A DNA stretch of 64,000 bases, from the NCBI GenBank assembly GCA_963668315.1, contig OY764216.1, forward strand, positions 2,496,001 to 2,560,000, in the 5' to 3' direction. The notes under the pieces are model-generated. The model did no database searches and was not told the DNA's origin. It saw only the letters and a list, made by a program, of their open reading frames with translations. Source of the DNA: Spirochaetia bacterium. Its GTDB lineage: Bacteria > Spirochaetota > Spirochaetia > DSM-2461. Shown here piece after piece: positions 17,442 through 27,911 of the stretch. The translations under genes and the position numbers were made by a program. The stretch's first letter is position 1. Each line of letters opens with the position of its first letter.

Positions 17442-20400
17442 ATGAATCTTTCTGAATTATCGGTTAACCGACCGGTGACCATAGCGGTTATCGTGGCCTT
17501 GCTGTTAGGCATCGCCGCCTTTATGGTTCCCAGCATCGCTGTGGAAATGACCCCGGATATAGACGCTCCCATGATGATCGTGGTAACGACATACACAGGC
17601 GCCAGCCCGGAAGAAGTGGAGCAGAGCGTCACCGAAATACTGGAGAAGCAACTGTCCGACGTAGGTGGGCTGGAGGACATTTCCTCCACCTCGAGCGAAG
17701 GACGAAGCGTCGTTATGCTGGAGTTCGGCTACGACAAGGACATGGACGAGGCAACCAATGATATCCGTGATTCCCTGGATCAGGCCAAAAATTCACTCCC
17801 CGATGACGCCGGATCACCTACTATCATGAAGTTCAATATGAACAGCGAAGCCATTATGACTCTGATCATGGTAGGGGATGAGACGGCCGACACTCTCAAG
17901 CGCCTGGCCGAAGATAACGTTCAGCCCCGTCTGGAACGAATCGAGGGAGTCTCCTCGGCAGACGTTTCCGGCGGTGAGACAAGGGCCGTGCGAGTGGATC
18001 TGTCCTCCAACCGGCTGGAAGCATACGGTCTGACCGCAGACGACGTGACTAACGCCCTGGGTGCCAGAAATCTTCAGATTTCCGGGGGTACTTTGACTAC
18101 CGACGGAACCGAATATGACCTTCGCGTAGACGAGCGATACGAGTCGCTGGAAGATATTGCCCGGACCGTAGTCGCCACCATAAGCGCCGCCGATGCCACT
18201 TCTTCGGTGAACAGATCGAACGTGGTCCGCCTGGAAGACGTGGCCGACGTATACGAGGGAACGGAAGACGTTGACAGCATATACTATATAGACGGTACGG
18301 CAGCCATCTCCATCTCCATTTCAAAGGAGAGTAATACCAATTCGGTACAGATCGCCGAAGAAGTGGCGGCCGCTATTCCCGAAATCAACGAGGAGCTGCC
18401 CGAGGGCATCTCCATTGAGCTCTTCTCCGATGACACGTCCTATATCAAATCAGTCATGAACCAGGTATACCAATCGGCCTGGCAGGGAATTATTCTGGCT
18501 ATGCTCGTGCTCTTTCTGTTTCTCAGAAGCATCAGGAGTACGGTGATCATCGGCATCGCTATTCCCATCTCCATCATGATAACCCTCATGGCCATGTACT
18601 TTTTCGATATTACGCTGAACATGATGTCCCTGACGGGGCTGATTCTCGGGTTGGGCATGATCGTAGACAACTCCATCGTTATCCTGGAAAATATCCATCA
18701 GTACAGGGAGAGGGGGGCGAAACTGCGACCTGCCGCTATCCTGGGGTCCCATGAAATGCTCAACGCCATTATCGCTTCGACCCTGACGACTTTGAGCGTT
18801 TTCGTCCCCATGATTATCTGGCAGGACGGACTGGAGATGATCGGCGAGCTTTTCAGCGATATGATCTTTACGGTGGTAATTTCTCTTATTGTCTCCTTCT
18901 TCATCGCCGTGACTTTGGTACCCGCTATGTGCAGCAAGTTCATTAAGCTCTATACCCATAAGCAAAAGCCCATCAGAAACGCTGCGCTCAAGAAAATAGA
19001 CGAGTTCGGGGAAGGCATTCTGACCGGTATTGAAAAGACCTACAAGAGCATGCTGGAATTTTCCCTGCGAAACCGTCTGATGGTTCTTACGCTGGTTCTG
19101 GTGATTCTGGTCATGTCTGTGCTTAAAATATCCAACATGGGACTGAACATGATGCCCCAGGGGACATCGGACGATTCCCTTACTGTTGACGTCACCCTTC
19201 CCGTGGGTACCAGCATGGAGTATACCGAGAAGATCATAACCAGTTTCGTCAAAGTCATCGAGGAGAATGTGACCGGTTATACACATATCAGCATGAGTGT
19301 GGGAGGCCAGCGGGGGCCCAACGCTTCGGGAAGCAACTCGGGCTCCATCGAGATTTCCTTTCCCGATCTGGATGAGCAGACCATGACTCCCAGTGAAGCG
19401 CAGACGGTACTCAGACCATTCACAAACAAGTTCCCCGATGCGGAGATAACCATGAGTTCCGGACGGTCCTGGGGAAGCGATTCTCCTATCGACGTGGTGA
19501 TTTACTCCGACAATACCGAGCTTGGCGAACAAACGGCCAACGATATCCGCGACCTGATAAGGGAGAATATCCCCCAGGCGATTGATCCCGTGACCGACTT
19601 GGACGAAGGGACTCCCGAATACAAGGTAACCATAGACAAGGACCGGGCCGCTGCCTACGGTTTCACCGTATCCGAAATCGGCAATGTCATCAATTCTCTG
19701 GTCGATGGTGATACGCCCACATCCTATTGGGATGAGGCCACAGAGCTGGATATTATCGTCCAGCTGGCTGAAGACGAAAGAACAGAGCTGTTGGATCTTG
19801 ACTCCATTTTTGTGCTATCCTCCAGCGGAGAGAAAGTGTCCCTGTCCAATCTGGTCAGCTATGAGCTGAGCACCGGACCCCTCACGGTCAACCGGGAAAA
19901 CGAGACGAGAACGATCCACGTGACCGCCGATCTGGCCGAGGGCATGGCGTCCAACCAGGTCCAGCCCCTGATCCAGTCCATGCTGGGGGAGAAGCTGATT
20001 CTGCCCGACGGCGTCACCTACGACTTCGCCGGTGACAGAAGAAGCATGGCCGGTATGATTCCCACCCTGATCACGGTGGTGATCGTGGCCATCCTGATGA
20101 TATTCGCCGTCATGGCCAGCCAGTTCGAGTCGCTGGTGGATCCGTTCATCATCTTTTTCTCCATTCCCCTGCTGGTGATCGGCGTCGTGCTGGTCTATAC
20201 CATAACGGGACAGGCACTGAGCCTCTTTTCCCTCATCGGGATGGTGGTGCTTACCGGTATCGTTGTGAATAACGGTATCGTCATGGTGGACTATATGAAT
20301 CTTCTCCGTAAGCGGGGGGCTTCCGTTAAGGAAGCGGTCCTCGAGGGAGCCCGGAGCCGTTTGCGGCCGGTACTGATGACCAGTCTGACCACGATTCTGG

Positions 20401-20597
20401 GCATGGTCCCCATGGGATTCTTCCCCGGAGACGGAACCGAGATGATTCAGCCCATCGGTCAGACCATTGTAGGGGGACTGGCGGGAAGCACCTTTATTAC
20501 TCTCTTCGTCACACCCGTGGTATACTCTCTTGTCAACAGGGATAAGAAGAAGATCGATAGCGAGGATGAGTCCCGCATTGAGGAGGAAATTGCATGA
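17442..20597 (+). CDS. RND permease, AcrB/AcrD/AcrF family
   Basis: 1051 aa; GASPEEVE; GMIVDNSIV; GIVVNNGIV; RLRPVLMT. Confidence 0.95.
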   Translation: MNLSELSVNRPVTIAVIVALLLGIAAFMVPSIAVEMTPDIDAPMMIVVTTYTGASPEEVEQSVTEILEKQLSDVGGLEDISSTSSEGRSVVMLEFGYDKDMDEATNDIRDSLDQAKNSLPDDAGSPTIMKFNMNSEAIMTLIMVGDETADTLKRLAEDNVQPRLERIEGVSSADVSGGETRAVRVDLSSNRLEAYGLTADDVTNALGARNLQISGGTLTTDGTEYDLRVDERYESLEDIARTVVATISAADATSSVNRSNVVRLEDVADVYEGTEDVDSIYYIDGTAAISISISKESNTNSVQIAEEVAAAIPEINEELPEGISIELFSDDTSYIKSVMNQVYQSAWQGIILAMLVLFLFLRSIRSTVIIGIAIPISIMITLMAMYFFDITLNMMSLTGLILGLGMIVDNSIVILENIHQYRERGAKLRPAAILGSHEMLNAIIASTLTTLSVFVPMIIWQDGLEMIGELFSDMIFTVVISLIVSFFIAVTLVPAMCSKFIKLYTHKQKPIRNAALKKIDEFGEGILTGIEKTYKSMLEFSLRNRLMVLTLVLVILVMSVLKISNMGLNMMPQGTSDDSLTVDVTLPVGTSMEYTEKIITSFVKVIEENVTGYTHISMSVGGQRGPNASGSNSGSIEISFPDLDEQTMTPSEAQTVLRPFTNKFPDAEITMSSGRSWGSDSPIDVVIYSDNTELGEQTANDIRDLIRENIPQAIDPVTDLDEGTPEYKVTIDKDRAAAYGFTVSEIGNVINSLVDGDTPTSYWDEATELDIIVQLAEDERTELLDLDSIFVLSSSGEKVSLSNLVSYELSTGPLTVNRENETRTIHVTADLAEGMASNQVQPLIQSMLGEKLILPDGVTYDFAGDRRSMAGMIPTLITVVIVAILMIFAVMASQFESLVDPFIIFFSIPLLVIGVVLVYTITGQALSLFSLIGMVVLTGIVVNNGIVMVDYMNLLRKRGASVKEAVLEGARSRLRPVLMTSLTTILGMVPMGFFPGDGTEMIQPIGQTIVGGLAGSTFITLFVTPVVYSLVNRDKKKIDSEDESRIEEEIA

Positions 20598-20887
20598 AGC
20601 GACTGGAGATCATAGCCAATCAGGCCGTGGAGGATGATATTATTGAGGTTCTGGCTTCTGCCGGCTACGGAGAATCTTTTACCTATTTTCATCCTGTCTA
20701 CGGAAGGGGAAAAAAGGGAAGACGGGAAGGCTCCGCCGTCTGGCCCGAGACGAATGTGATGTTTCTTGTTTATATCGATCATGACAGGGTGGATGCCATT
20801 CTGTCGGGGATTCGAAAGCTCAAAGAGGAATTCTCCCAGGAGGGCATCAAATGCTGGCTGGGTGAAGGTCCCCAGGAAAGGGTTTAG
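20594..20887 (+). CDS. Small PII-like transporter-associated protein (PG0541-like)
   Basis: 97 aa; MKRLEII, VYGRG..G.REG..VWPE.N; ATGA overlap with the RND stop. Confidence 0.75.
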   Translation: MKRLEIIANQAVEDDIIEVLASAGYGESFTYFHPVYGRGKKGRREGSAVWPETNVMFLVYIDHDRVDAILSGIRKLKEEFSQEGIKCWLGEGPQERV

Positions 20888-20911
20888 TTTTTAAATTTAT
20901 ATAATCTCTCC

Positions 20912-20946
20912 AGGCGGATATTCTATGGGAATATCCGTCTTTTTTT
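20912..20946 (+). terminator. Rho-independent terminator of the efflux operon
   Basis: AGGCGGATATTC-tatgg-GAATATCCGTCT followed by a T-run. Confidence 0.82.
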
Positions 20947-21012
20947 CCCTTGGTTTTTACCCTGATATATGGTATAGATAGTTCTATAGATCATATGATG
21001 AGAGGAGAAGCC

Positions 21013-21399
21013 ATGAATATTCCGGAAAATCTCAAATATACCAGAGAACACGAATGGGTGAAGATCGAGGATGATGTAATTACTGTGGGAATTACGGATT
21101 ACGCGCAGAAAGAGCTGGGCGACATCGTTTTCGTTGAGCTGCCCGAAGTGGATGAAGAATTCGATGGAGATGAATCCTTTTCCACTATCGAGTCGGTTAA
21201 GGCCGCCAGTGATATTTTCATGCCCGTCGGCGGCACCATTATTGAGGTGAATGAAGACCTGGAGGACAACTCCGCCTTTATCAATGAAGATCCCTACGGC
21301 AGCTGGATAGTCAAGATCAAAGTCCGGGAGGAAGGGGATCTGGATGATCTGCTGTCCGCCGAAGAGTACGGTGCTTTCTGTGAGAAGGAACAGGCGTAA
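21013..21399 (+). CDS. gcvH: Glycine cleavage system H protein
   Basis: YTREHEW, VGITDYAQ..LGDIVFVELP, lipoyl IESVKAAS; ATG 21013 after GAGGAG. Confidence 0.97.
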   Translation: MNIPENLKYTREHEWVKIEDDVITVGITDYAQKELGDIVFVELPEVDEEFDGDESFSTIESVKAASDIFMPVGGTIIEVNEDLEDNSAFINEDPYGSWIVKIKVREEGDLDDLLSAEEYGAFCEKEQA

Positions 21400-22740
21400 A
21401 TGATCCATCCCTACATCCCTCATACCCCGCGCGACAGGGACGAGATGCTCTCCCTGATCGGTGTAGAAAGCGTAGACGATCTCTACAGGGATATCCCTTC
21501 CGGCGCGGTCCAGAAGGAATCGTCCCTTCCCGCAGGGCTCTCCGAATGGGAGACGGCCCGGCGTATCGAGGCCATGGCGGACAGAAATGACGCGTCCCGC
21601 CTGGTCTGCTTCCGTGGGGGAGGTGTGTATGATCATTTTGTACCGGCCGTGGTGGACAGCGTCATTTCACGCTCCGAGTTTTACACGGCCTATACGCCCT
21701 ATCAGCCCGAAATCAGCCAGGGAACCCTTCAGTATATCTTCGAATACCAGAGCATGATAGCCGAGCTGACCGGCATGGACGCGGTCAATGCCTCCCTTTA
21801 TGACGGGGCTACTGCCGCGGCGGAGGGCATGATCATGGCTGTCCATGCGGCGCGAAGGAGAAGGGTCGCCCTGGCCGAAACGGTCAACCCGGGCATCCGC
21901 CGCGTTCTGGAGACGTACGCCCGTTTTCACGGCATTGAGCTGGATATTGTTCCCTCTAAGGAGGGAAAGGTCGATCCTGAAAAGCTGGAAGGGATTCTGG
22001 GGAGCGATACGGCGGCACTTGTCCTGCAGAGCCCCAACTATTTCGGGCTGATCGAGGATACGTCTGAAATGGCCGAAGCCGTCCATAAGGGTAAAGGGCT
22101 GTTTGTCCAGATCGCCGATCCTCTCTCCCTGGCCCTTCTGAAAACTCCCGGTGAATCGGGAGCGGACATCGCCGTGGGCGAAGCCCAGCCTCTGGGGCTC
22201 TCCCTCAACTTCGGCGGACCCTACCTGGGCTATATCGGAACGACGAATAAGCTGATGCGCAAGCTTCCCGGCCGAATCTGCGGTCAGACCGTGGACAAAG
22301 ACGGGAAAAGAGCCTTTGTTCTGACCCTCCAGGCCCGGGAGCAGCACATCCGCCGTGAGAAAGCCACGAGCAACATCTGCTCCAACCAGAGCCTCTGTTC
22401 CCTGGCTGCTGCCGTGTATATGGCCTCCATGGGAAAGGAGGGGCTCAAGGAAGCGGCTGAACAGTGCCTGAGAAAAGCCCGTTACGCCCTGGATCAAATC
22501 GTGGCGACGGGCAAGTGGGCACCCCTTTTCCCCGGTCCCTTTTTCCGGGAATTCGCCGTGAGGCCCCTGACGGGAAGCAAAGAGGATCTCAAGGACGTTG
22601 ACCGGCGGCTCAGAGAAGCCGGTATACTGGGAGGCGGTGAGCCGGAGGGGTTTGAAAGCCCCGCCAGGCTGGTGGCCGTCACGGAGAAACGGAGCCGGGA
22701 AGAGATTGACCGCTTAGCCGACATAATGGGGGAGCTGTGA
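21400..22740 (+). CDS. gcvPA: Glycine dehydrogenase subunit 1
   Basis: [38 protein letters not shown]. Confidence 0.97.
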   Translation: MIHPYIPHTPRDRDEMLSLIGVESVDDLYRDIPSGAVQKESSLPAGLSEWETARRIEAMADRNDASRLVCFRGGGVYDHFVPAVVDSVISRSEFYTAYTPYQPEISQGTLQYIFEYQSMIAELTGMDAVNASLYDGATAAAEGMIMAVHAARRRRVALAETVNPGIRRVLETYARFHGIELDIVPSKEGKVDPEKLEGILGSDTAALVLQSPNYFGLIEDTSEMAEAVHKGKGLFVQIADPLSLALLKTPGESGADIAVGEAQPLGLSLNFGGPYLGYIGTTNKLMRKLPGRICGQTVDKDGKRAFVLTLQAREQHIRREKATSNICSNQSLCSLAAAVYMASMGKEGLKEAAEQCLRKARYALDQIVATGKWAPLFPGPFFREFAVRPLTGSKEDLKDVDRRLREAGILGGGEPEGFESPARLVAVTEKRSREEIDRLADIMGEL

Positions 22741-24188
22741 TGAAAGAGTATAATCTGCTGTTAAAGGAGCTGTCGCGGCCGGAGAGAAAAGGTTATACCC
22801 TGCCTCCCTGCGATGTGCCCGAAGTGGGCCTCGATGAAATGCTGCCCCCTTCCCTGAGAAGGGAAAAGGACGCCGATCTTCCCGAGGTCTCTGAAATCGA
22901 TATCATCCGGCACTACACGAACCTCTCCAATAAAAATTTCGGTGTGGATACGGGATTTTATCCTCTCGGTTCCTGTACCATGAAGTACAACCCCAAGATA
23001 AACGAGGACCTCGCCCGTCTCGGCGGTTTCGTGCGCCTTCATCCCGATGCCGGAGAAGAGGATGCCCAGGGGGCCATGGAACTGGTCTACCGGCTCTGCG
23101 AATCACTGGGCGCCATTACCGGCATGGACGCGGTTACCCCGGCTCCCTTTGCGGGAGCCCACGGCGAACTCACCGGGCTTATGATCATCAAGGCCTACCA
23201 CGAGAACCGGAAGGATGTTAAGCGCAAGAAAATCATTGTACCCGATTCGGCTCACGGCACCAATCCGGCCAGCGCGGCGGTATGCGGCTTCGACGTGGTG
23301 GAAATCACGTCCACACCGGAGGGCATGGTGGACCTGGAAGCCCTTAAAGCGGCACTGAGTGATGAGACGGCCGGTCTTATGCTCACCAATCCGACGACCT
23401 TCGGCCTTTTCGAAGGAGATATCCTGGAAGTCGCCGCTCTGGTTCATGAGGCGGGGGGACTGCTCTATTACGACGGAGCGAACCTGAACCCCATCCTGGG
23501 CCACTGCCGTCCCGGCGATATGGGCTTTGATGTGGTCCACCTGAATCTGCATAAAACCTTCTCCACCCCCCATGGCGGCGGTGGACCGGGAAGCGGTCCT
23601 GTAGGCGTCAAGGCAAAGCTGGCCGATTTCCTGCCCGGTCCGGTCATTGCCGAAAAGGACGGTGCCTATTACTTTGACAGGAACAGGCCCCTCTCCATCG
23701 GCTCCGTGGGAAGGTGGTACGGAAACTTCGGTGTTCTGGTCAGGGCCTATGCCTATATCCTGATGATGGGATCGGATGGCTTGAAGCTTGTGGGTGAGAC
23801 GGCCGTAATCAATGCCAACTACCTGCAGAAGCAGCTCAGGGAGTTCTACCATCTTCCCATCGAACGCAGCTGTATGCACGAGTTCGTTCTGAGCGGTAAG
23901 GGATTCGAAGGCATCCATACCATCGATATCGCCAAGCGGCTTCTCGATTTCGGCTACCATCCGCCTACCATATATTTTCCCCTGACCATAGAGGAAGCCA
24001 TTATGATAGAGCCCACGGAAACCGAATCCAAAGAGACTCTGGACGGCTTTGTGGACGTGATGAAGAAGATTGCCGACGAAGCTAGGAACGACCCGGAAAA
24101 ACTTCACGAAGCTCCGGTGACGACGGTGGTAAGACGGCTGGACGAAGTCACCGCCGCCCGTAAGCCTATCCTTACCTGGAAGGAATAA
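22740..24188 (+). CDS. gcvPB: Glycine dehydrogenase subunit 2
   Basis: [23 protein letters not shown] site [25 protein letters not shown]. Confidence 0.97.
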   Translation: MKEYNLLLKELSRPERKGYTLPPCDVPEVGLDEMLPPSLRREKDADLPEVSEIDIIRHYTNLSNKNFGVDTGFYPLGSCTMKYNPKINEDLARLGGFVRLHPDAGEEDAQGAMELVYRLCESLGAITGMDAVTPAPFAGAHGELTGLMIIKAYHENRKDVKRKKIIVPDSAHGTNPASAAVCGFDVVEITSTPEGMVDLEALKAALSDETAGLMLTNPTTFGLFEGDILEVAALVHEAGGLLYYDGANLNPILGHCRPGDMGFDVVHLNLHKTFSTPHGGGGPGSGPVGVKAKLADFLPGPVIAEKDGAYYFDRNRPLSIGSVGRWYGNFGVLVRAYAYILMMGSDGLKLVGETAVINANYLQKQLREFYHLPIERSCMHEFVLSGKGFEGIHTIDIAKRLLDFGYHPPTIYFPLTIEEAIMIEPTETESKETLDGFVDVMKKIADEARNDPEKLHEAPVTTVVRRLDEVTAARKPILTWKE

Positions 24189-24416
24189 AGGCGAAAGCTT
24201 TCAGAATTTCCCTGTCCGCCGGGGCGAGAGCAAGATGTTTTATCTCGTCCCGGAAGCACCACCGGATCTCCGAATGGCCGGTCAGAAAAATCTCTCTCCG
24301 GGCAATTCCCCCAATCCCCCCTGTGTCTTATGCTCGTTCCTGCGGCAGAGAAGAATACGGTTCTTATTATCCCTCAGCCATGCCGCGGCGACGGCAACGG
24401 TTTTCACTTCTTTCAT
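24172..24416 (-). pseudogene. Nudix hydrolase (MutT/NudG-like) remnant with internal deletion and frameshift
   Basis: Frame A gives MKEVKTVAVAAAW..RILLCRR..QGGLGELPG then a stop. A second frame gives LTGHSEIRW..LAPADREIL. The Nudix box (RELxEE) is absent. Confidence 0.78.
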
Positions 24417-26617
24417 GACTCCTCTCCGTCTTCCCCGAGGGAAAAGCGGAGAATCTGATAGGAGAAGTAGAGGAGGGCCAGGAAGGAGGACCTGTTCATC
24501 TGCTCCGGGGTAAGGCCGTCCACAGCCTCCCTGAGGTAGCGGACCGGCTTCTCTCCCCGGGGATAGGGCAGGCTCTTTTTCATCATATCCGCCAGTCTGC
24601 TTCCCTCTCCCCCGTGGAACCACTGTTCAATCTTCTCTTCGTTGTCGTGGAACAGCGACTGATCCCTCATCTCCTCTAGAAAGGAGGAGAGACCGTCCCC
24701 CCTCCGGGCATTCGACAGCTGGTAATAGGGGGCAAGAAGAATCTCCCTGCCGTAGTAGCGGGCGGCCAGGCAAAAGATCAGCTGCTGGAACCGGTAGCCC
24801 TTTTCCGGTGAGGCAAGGCTGAAAATATTCCGCAGATGATGACCGGCCGAGTCCGATTCGCAGCAGGCAATGAACCAGTCGCAGAGCGCCTGGCTTGAAT
24901 GGCAGATGCGGGGATAGACCTCATCGGTCAGGGGGGCGTATTTCTCCCTGTCCACCCGGCAGAGGCTTTTCAGCGCCGTGCTGGTTATCCGGGGGTCCCG
25001 GTCATCCAGGGCTTTCAGGAGCACCTGTTCCGTCTCCTCTCCCGGTAAACGGGCCAGGGCGAAGAGAGCATCCCCCCGGTTGTACGAGTGGATATCGGAG
25101 GCTTCCTTACGAACCAGTTCGGCCAGTTCGGGCCGGGGGTAGTGATAAAGGGACCGGAATATCCTCTCCTTTTCCCAGCTGTAGGGGCTGTTGAGCTGAT
25201 TTTCCATCTCCCGGGTCGCCAGGTTGGAGGAGCTTTTCTCCAGAGCCAGCAGGGAGGCTTCCCGCTTCTGCGGATCGTCGGTGGTGGAGAGCTGATAGGT
25301 CCAGAGGAAGGCTCTTCTGTTTCTGGTGTAAAAAATAAGTTCCGAAGCTTCCTTTACGGTAATGCTTCCCTGGTCGCTGAGGAAAAACGTGCAGAGGGCA
25401 ATGAGCAGGGTCAGCACGCCGGCGATGAGAAAGACCAGAGAGTAGGTGTGGGGAAGCAGAGTGCTTTCAATCCGTATGGTATCGGCGATTTTCCCGGCCG
25501 AGAGACCGGTGATGAGGGCCAGGATGGCACCGATGAAACTGTTCATCGAGGAGAACCCGAGGCGGTTTTTATTTTCGGGCATGATCTTGTAGAGAAGCCT
25601 GTTTGTCAGATTGTATCCCAGGTTCATAAAGAAGCTGTGGAGAATGCCCAGCGGCAGGAAGAGGATCAGCCCCGCCGAGGGGGGAATCAGGGACCAGAGA
25701 ACAAATAACAGTCCCAGAATCAGAGAAACCAGCATCAGCAGCGGTTTGCTCCCCGTTTTGTCTATATAGGGCTTGATGAAGTAGTTGGAGATAAGCCCGC
25801 CCACAACGGTGAGCATGGAGAAAAGGAACACGAAGTTGGAAGGGATATGCCCGTCCCTCTGAAGAAAGGGAATGAGAAATCCGTTAAGGACGCTGACCGA
25901 CATAAATAGCCACAGGATAACGAGATGTCGTCTGGTATGACTGTCCCTGAGGTACTGGACCAGGAGGGAGATGATTCCCTTGGTATGGCGGCTTTTTTCC
26001 ACCCTTTCCCGGGAGGGTATTTTCAGAATGTAAAGACTGGAGATGGTGTTGACGATGACGCCCAGCAGAGTCAGGATAATCAGTCCCTGAATGCCGGAAA
26101 GGAACGAGAGGGAGAGGAAGATAAAGCTGATTGTGCGGGAAATCAGAGCCGACCGGTTACCAATGGAGTTGAGCTGTAAAAGACGGCTTCCTTCGCTTGA
26201 GGAACTCATCAGATTTTTCACGATGGGCTGATTGGCGGCGACCCCCAGGGTGCGGAAGATGCAGAAGAGGGTGTAGGTTATCATGATGAGCCAGACCGCC
26301 GGCTGCCCTTTGAGAAAAAAAAGGGCCAGGTACGCCAGACAGACAAAGCCTCGGAGGAACCAGGTGTGGACGAAAATTTCCTTCAGGCCGAGACCGCCGA
26401 AGAGATGGGGAACAATCAGAAGCACCAGACCGGAGAGGACCAGGGTGGAGGAGATATAGCCCAGCTGGACATTGGTGGCGTCGAAGTTGATAGCCATCAG
26501 ATAGATGACGGTTTCGGTCAGAAAACTGTAGCCCAGCCCGTTCCAGATGCTGTGCTTGAGAAGATAGAAGAACCCGGTCTCCTTTTCATCGGAAGTTAAA
26601 AAATGCGTCGTTCCCAT
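24413..26617 (-). CDS. MFS transporter fused to a C-terminal HEAT-repeat region
   Basis: About 12 TM in the first ~415 aa (DKTGSKP loop), then RGDALFALARL..LLKALDDRDPRI..ALKSL HEAT-like repeats. Confidence 0.82.
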   Translation of the reverse strand: MGTTHFLTSDEKETGFFYLLKHSIWNGLGYSFLTETVIYLMAINFDATNVQLGYISSTLVLSGLVLLIVPHLFGGLGLKEIFVHTWFLRGFVCLAYLALFFLKGQPAVWLIMITYTLFCIFRTLGVAANQPIVKNLMSSSSEGSRLLQLNSIGNRSALISRTISFIFLSLSFLSGIQGLIILTLLGVIVNTISSLYILKIPSRERVEKSRHTKGIISLLVQYLRDSHTRRHLVILWLFMSVSVLNGFLIPFLQRDGHIPSNFVFLFSMLTVVGGLISNYFIKPYIDKTGSKPLLMLVSLILGLLFVLWSLIPPSAGLILFLPLGILHSFFMNLGYNLTNRLLYKIMPENKNRLGFSSMNSFIGAILALITGLSAGKIADTIRIESTLLPHTYSLVFLIAGVLTLLIALCTFFLSDQGSITVKEASELIFYTRNRRAFLWTYQLSTTDDPQKREASLLALEKSSSNLATREMENQLNSPYSWEKERIFRSLYHYPRPELAELVRKEASDIHSYNRGDALFALARLPGEETEQVLLKALDDRDPRITSTALKSLCRVDREKYAPLTDEVYPRICHSSQALCDWFIACCESDSAGHHLRNIFSLASPEKGYRFQQLIFCLAARYYGREILLAPYYQLSNARRGDGLSSFLEEMRDQSLFHDNEEKIEQWFHGGEGSRLADMMKKSLPYPRGEKPVRYLREAVDGLTPEQMNRSSFLALLYFSYQILRFSLGEDGEES

Positions 26618-26720
26618 AACTTTTCATATTAGGACTTTTTCTCCCTTAATGCCAAGGCTTTCCCCCGATTTCGCTGGCAAGGGAAAAAAAATATGGTAAA
26701 ATGGACTTTCAGGGGGATCT

Positions 26721-27911
26721 ATGACTGCCGACTACAATCGTTCAACGCTCAATGTACTTGCTTCGGTTCTTGCCAATTTCGGGGGAAAAAGTCCCCATCC
26801 GTCCCTTGCCGAACTGGATTCCCTTATGAAAGAACCCTATGACCATATCATTTTCATGGTCTTCGACGGACTGGGGCAGTCCTTTGTGGAACGTTATTCC
26901 GGAGAGTTGAATCTTCCGGAGGGTATGAAAAATCTGCCCCTCTCCACCGTCTTCCCCCCCACGACAGCGGCGGCCATGACGACTCTCTATACCGGCTCTT
27001 CCCCCCGGGAGCACGGCTATCTGGGATGGAGCCTCTGGTTTGAGGAGCTGGAGGACCGGTACGTGAATGTCCTTCCCGGAACGGACAGCAGGACGAACCG
27101 GACGGTGGTGGGCTCCCCCCGGGATATCTACGACATTATGCCCCTGGATCCCTTCACCCGGAAGCTCAGGGCGGCCGATGAGGATCTATCCCTCTATTTC
27201 GTATCCCCCCGGGCCTTTCAGGAGAGCCGCTATACCCTGGCAGCCTGCGGTCCGGCAAAGATGGTCCCCTACAAGCGGTTCAAGGATATGATTCGGGCGA
27301 CGGCCTCTTCGGTCAGAAAAAGCCGGCACGGCCGTTCCTACACCATGGTGTATAATGTGGACCCCGACAAGTTTCTCCATCCCGAAGGAGTGGATACAAA
27401 CCACCTGAAGGATTTCATGACCATTCTGGGAGACCAGCTCCGAAAGCTGATTCAGCGGATAGAAGGGACGAACACCCTTCTTCTGGTGACGGCCGATCAC
27501 GGGATGACAGGCATGGACAGCTATTATGTCCTCAAGGAGGGGGAGGAGCTTTTCTCCCTGCTCAAACGCCCCCCCTTTCCCGAGTCCCGCATGCTCTCCT
27601 TTCATGTGAAGGATGGAATGAAAGAGCAGTTCAGGGAGCGGTTCAACCGGCTGCTCGGTGAGGATTTTCTTCTTATGGAGGGGGACACCTTCAGAAAGGA
27701 GGGCTGGCTGGGACCCGAACTTCCGGGAGTGGAGAGCCACGGCCGGCTTGATAAACTGATCGGGGACTACATTGCCGTTGCCACAGGGCGGCGGGGCATA
27801 AAATATGAATCGGAGAAGGGGAAGTCGTCGCCCCTCTTCAAGGCCCATCACGCCGGTATGACTCCGGTCGAGATGGAAGTTCCTCTGCTCTATTACTCCG
27901 CCCGCAGATAA
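26721..27911 (+). CDS. Alkaline phosphatase superfamily / type I phosphodiesterase-nucleotide pyrophosphatase
   Basis: DGLG, FPPTT (Thr nucleophile), DKFLH, TADHG, HHAG.T..EM.VP. Confidence 0.88.
   Translation: MTADYNRSTLNVLASVLANFGGKSPHPSLAELDSLMKEPYDHIIFMVFDGLGQSFVERYSGELNLPEGMKNLPLSTVFPPTTAAAMTTLYTGSSPREHGYLGWSLWFEELEDRYVNVLPGTDSRTNRTVVGSPRDIYDIMPLDPFTRKLRAADEDLSLYFVSPRAFQESRYTLAACGPAKMVPYKRFKDMIRATASSVRKSRHGRSYTMVYNVDPDKFLHPEGVDTNHLKDFMTILGDQLRKLIQRIEGTNTLLLVTADHGMTGMDSYYVLKEGEELFSLLKRPPFPESRMLSFHVKDGMKEQFRERFNRLLGEDFLLMEGDTFRKEGWLGPELPGVESHGRLDKLIGDYIAVATGRRGIKYESEKGKSSPLFKAHHAGMTPVEMEVPLLYYSARR

Noticed and set aside
24282..24623. 113-aa ORF as an intact gene
   Set aside because: The first ~69 codons overlap the MFS-HEAT gene; only the part from 24416 is Nudix-like and it is broken.
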